Positions 30,543-33,451 of a stretch of 33,451 nt of DNA are shown piece by piece. The notes beneath the pieces are model-generated. The model searched no databases. It had not been told where the DNA came from and saw only the letters and a program-made list of their open reading frames with translations. The stretch is taken from contig CAZYSI010000005.1 in the NCBI GenBank assembly GCA_964650345.1, positions 1-33,451 on the forward strand, given 5' to 3'. How positions within the stretch are numbered: the first letter of the stretch is position 1; every line of letters starts with the position of its first letter. The translations under genes and the position numbers were made by a program. This DNA comes from an uncultured Candidatus Saccharibacteria bacterium (GTDB lineage: Bacteria; Patescibacteriota; Doudnabacteria; UBA920).

Positions 30543-31910
30543 TTATTTCTTCTTTTTGATTACATCTGTACCAACGTACTTTTGTAACACATCTGGTACG
30601 CGCACACTACCGTCGGCTTGTTGATAATTCTCTAATAGAGCAATAAGAATACGTGGACTAGCAACAGCGGTGTTGTTTAGTGTGTAAGCATAGTGAATTT
30701 TCCCAGCAGCGTCTTTGTAACGAATATTCAACCGGCGTGCCTGCCAATCTGTAAGGTTCGAGTCGCTATGCGTTTCGCCATAGTTTTGGCGAGCTGGCAT
30801 CCAGGTTTCAATGTCATACATCTTGTATTTCCCAGCACCCATATCGCCAGTACAAATATTCAACACACGATAGGGTAATTTCAAATCTTGCAAAATTTCT
30901 TCGGAAATTTCACGCAGTTTTTCTAACCAGGCATCGCCTTCGTTGATGTTTGCCTTACAAATTACGACCTGTTCAACTTTTAAAAATTCTTTCACGCGAT
31001 ATAAGCCTTTAGTGTCTTTACCGTAACTTCCAACCTCGCTACGGTAGCAAGCAGAAATTCCCGACACCTGAATCGGTAATTGCTTTTCATCTAAAATCTG
31101 GTTCGCGTAGTAACCAATTAAGCTCGGCTCCGATGTCCCAGCCAAAAACTGTTTCTCTTTGCTACCAGGAGTTCCTTCTCCTTCGGGCGCTTCCATTCCC
31201 GCTGCGTTCGCCACCTGGTACACTTCGGCTTTACCAGTTGGGAACATACCAGCACCAGTTAATGCAAACTCGCGCACTAAAGTCGGTGTTTGCATAATCG
31301 TAAAGCCTTTACTGCGCAACTTTTCTAATGCATAAAACATTATCCCTTGGTGCATCAACACTAATTCATTTTTCAAGTAGTACCCACGGAAGCCAGAGAC
31401 TTCTGTACCTTGATCAGTATCGATTAAATCTAAATCTTTACCCAAAACCATATGGTCTTTGGCCTCGAAATCAAACTTAGTTGGAATTTGAGCAACTTTA
31501 TCTTCGTCTTTTGGGTCTATGTGACCTGTGGCTGGCGACCAATAACTCCACGGCACGTTTTCGCTGTCGTCTTTGCCTAACGGTGTCTCAGGAGATGGAA
31601 TGTTAGGAACCAACAACATTAAGTTGCTATAATCGGCTTCAACTTTTCGGAGCTTCTCTTTTACTTCGGTATGATGAGCATCCATTTCCTGCATCTCTAA
31701 AAGCTTAGCCTTTTTTGCTTCTTCATCTAATGTTTGCATCTCTTTTGAGAAGGCGTTCTTTGTGGCTAGGAAAGTTTCGTTTTCCTGCAGAAGATTGCGA
31801 CGCTGCAAATCTAAATCTAAGAGTTGATCTAAGTCTAGATCAACATTTTTGTCGGTGATAGTTTTTTTTACAATATCCGCGTTGTCGCGAATGAATTTGA
31901 TGTCTAACAT
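30543..31910 (-). CDS. serS: seryl-tRNA synthetase
   Basis: MLDIKFIRDN, an N-terminal coiled-coil arm, and class II motifs (FRGYYLK, CYRSEVGSYGKDTKGLYRVKEF, LNNTAVASPR). Confidence 0.95.
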   Translation of the reverse strand: MLDIKFIRDNADIVKKTITDKNVDLDLDQLLDLDLQRRNLLQENETFLATKNAFSKEMQTLDEEAKKAKLLEMQEMDAHHTEVKEKLRKVEADYSNLMLLVPNIPSPETPLGKDDSENVPWSYWSPATGHIDPKDEDKVAQIPTKFDFEAKDHMVLGKDLDLIDTDQGTEVSGFRGYYLKNELVLMHQGIMFYALEKLRSKGFTIMQTPTLVREFALTGAGMFPTGKAEVYQVANAAGMEAPEGEGTPGSKEKQFLAGTSEPSLIGYYANQILDEKQLPIQVSGISACYRSEVGSYGKDTKGLYRVKEFLKVEQVVICKANINEGDAWLEKLREISEEILQDLKLPYRVLNICTGDMGAGKYKMYDIETWMPARQNYGETHSDSNLTDWQARRLNIRYKDAAGKIHYAYTLNNTAVASPRILIALLENYQQADGSVRVPDVLQKYVGTDVIKKKK

Positions 31911-31911
31911 A

Positions 31912-33375
31912 TTATTTATTTTCTGCTTTCATAGATGGGAAAATGACGGTTTCGCGAATGGATCTGTCGGCCAAGACAGCAAACAACCGTTCAGATACGC
32001 CGAATCCTGCTGCTGGCGGCATACCATATTCCATGGCTTCCATATAATCTTCGTCTAGCATTTGGGCTTCTGTGTCACCAGCATCGCGAAGTTTCATTTG
32101 ATCTTCGAATCTTTGCCGTTGATCAATCGGATCGTTTAGCTCACCGAAACCTTTACCCAGTTCTGTACCATAAGCTACTATTTGTAATCGCTGTACAACT
32201 TTCGGATTATTCGGATCACGCTTCGCCAGCGGCTCCAATTCAATCGGTTGGTTAATTAAGAAGACTGGCTTATCTGTTTTAATGTTACCGCGAACTTTTT
32301 TGAAGATTACATCTATCAGGCGACCACGCTGGGCGAAATCCTCAAATTTAATATGCTGTGATTTAGCGTAAGCTTTCAGATCATCATCGCTGCAAGTTTC
32401 TAAATCCAAACCTGTGTGTTCCTTAAACAAGGCGATATAGTCAACTTTATCCCAATCGCCTGACCAGTCGCAGGTTACTCCACCAGAAGTAACTTGCAAA
32501 GTGCCGAAAGTTTCTTGAATTACATACTGATACATTTCCTGCACAAACTTCTGCAATTTTTCAAAGTCACCATACGCCCAATAGAATTCCATTTGAGTGT
32601 AATCCTGCAAATGAGTTGTAGAGATTCCTTCGTTGCGGAAGATGCGACCGATTTCGAAAACTTTTTCATAGCCAGCCACTAACATTTTCTTCAAGGGCAA
32701 CTCAAGTGAAATACGTAAATAGAAATCACGGTCTAGCGCATTGTGATGTGTAGTAAAAGGCTCTGCTTCTGCGCCACCTGGAGTTGCTTCTAAAATTGGC
32801 ATTTCCATTTCCAAAAATTCATGATCAGCTAAGAAGCGACGGAAACCCTGCCAAAACTTATTCTTCTTCACAAATAATTCCTTGGTTTCTGAATCTAGTA
32901 AAATATCCAAATATCTTTTACGTAGTTTGAGCTCTGTGTCTTCCAAACCATAATGCTCGCTCGGTAATGGCCTGAGTGACTTTGCTAGCATTTTATAATC
33001 GTGTGCTTGCAAAGTCTTCTCGCCAGTTTTGGTAACGAATAAGGTTCCGGATGCTTGAATAAAATCGCCTAAGTCAAAGTTATCGACAAAGAAAGCAAAA
33101 CGTTCCTCACCAATACTGTCTGACTTTAACAAAACTTGAATTCTACCATCGCCGTCGTCGATATGTAAAAACAACAGCTTACCCATACCGCGCATACTTC
33201 GAATCCGGCCCACCAAAACCACTGACTGCCCCTGAAGAGCATCAAACTGCTCCACAGCTTCTTTGTTGGTGTGGGTGCGCTCAGAAATAGACGGATACCC
33301 TTCCATTCCAGCGGCTTTCAAATTTTCTAGCTTAGCTTTGCGGTGATTAATAATATCTTCCAGACGTTCGTTCAT
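31912..33375 (-). CDS. lysS: lysyl-tRNA synthetase, class II
   Basis: An OB-fold N-terminal domain (VVLVGRIRSMRGMGKLLFLHIDD) and class II core motifs (YLRISLELPLKKMLVAGYEKVFEIGRIFRNEG, GFGVSERL). Confidence 0.95.
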   Translation of the reverse strand: MNERLEDIINHRKAKLENLKAAGMEGYPSISERTHTNKEAVEQFDALQGQSVVLVGRIRSMRGMGKLLFLHIDDGDGRIQVLLKSDSIGEERFAFFVDNFDLGDFIQASGTLFVTKTGEKTLQAHDYKMLAKSLRPLPSEHYGLEDTELKLRKRYLDILLDSETKELFVKKNKFWQGFRRFLADHEFLEMEMPILEATPGGAEAEPFTTHHNALDRDFYLRISLELPLKKMLVAGYEKVFEIGRIFRNEGISTTHLQDYTQMEFYWAYGDFEKLQKFVQEMYQYVIQETFGTLQVTSGGVTCDWSGDWDKVDYIALFKEHTGLDLETCSDDDLKAYAKSQHIKFEDFAQRGRLIDVIFKKVRGNIKTDKPVFLINQPIELEPLAKRDPNNPKVVQRLQIVAYGTELGKGFGELNDPIDQRQRFEDQMKLRDAGDTEAQMLDEDYMEAMEYGMPPAAGFGVSERLFAVLADRSIRETVIFPSMKAENK

Positions 33376-33410
33376 GGTTTGAGTTTCAATTTATACAAAT
33401 TAGTCCTTAA

Positions 33411-33419
33411 ATTATACCA
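33411..33419 (-). promoter_or_regulatory. extended -10 promoter (TGGTATAAT) upstream of lysS
   Basis: The reverse complement reads TGGTATAAT, 35 nt upstream of ATG 33375, with no obvious SD in the leader. Confidence 0.4.
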
Positions 33420-33451
33420 AATTTTGCTTTTTTACGGTACTTGACTTTATC

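Noticed and set aside
1-33451. CRISPR arrays, tRNA/rRNA genes or other long structured RNAs
   Set aside because: No spaced direct repeats were seen. Apart from 12222-12525, which is accounted for by a terminator, a promoter and a leader, the intergenic regions are too short (about 170 nt or less), and none shows a tRNA-like GTTCRANYC T-arm context.

Overview
Compact, AT-rich bacterial chromosome segment. Hand counts of typical 60-nt lines give about 37-42% G+C. The standard genetic code applies: TAA, TAG and TGA all end long ORFs. There are about 31 genes, mostly on the minus strand, with frequent 1-nt TAATG stop/start overlaps. The style fits a small-genome, Gram-positive-like or CPR/Patescibacteria-type organism, but that is inference only. 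Housekeeping genes are lysS, serS, a short murF, an ftsQ/divIB-like gene, rplU, msrB and an ECF sigma / anti-sigma pair. Most of the window encodes envelope glycan machinery: rmlB, an NRS/ER-like reductase, rmlA and a Nudix gene (no rmlC), plus several GT2 enzymes, one of which carries an in-frame TAG. It also includes a Dpm1/Alg5-like polyprenyl-phosphate sugar synthase, a WecA/TagO-like GT4, a processive QxxRW synthase, two tandem GT-C/GT39 enzymes, a Wzx-like flippase and a RibL/TagD-like nucleotidyltransferase. A secreted S8 protease and its neighbour share an uncharacterised repeat of about 57 aa. No tRNA, rRNA, CRISPR array, transposase or integrase was seen. Three things stand out. (1) Four short GC-rich orphan cassettes sit in the AT-rich backbone, each with its own promoter, usually GGAGG-type SD and terminator. 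The largest (10.5-12.5 kb, two secreted proteins behind a structured ~180-nt leader) lies beside an unusually extended sortase and a divergent small membrane-anchored protein. This 10.5-14.6 kb block is my best candidate for an undescribed surface or host-interaction module. (2) Extended -10 promoters (TGnTAnAAT) sit 6-9 nt from start codons with no SD, which implies widespread leaderless mRNAs. (3) A eukaryote/giant-virus-like bifunctional epimerase-reductase appears to replace RmlC/RmlD. All functional calls rest on motifs I recognise by eye; no database search was run.
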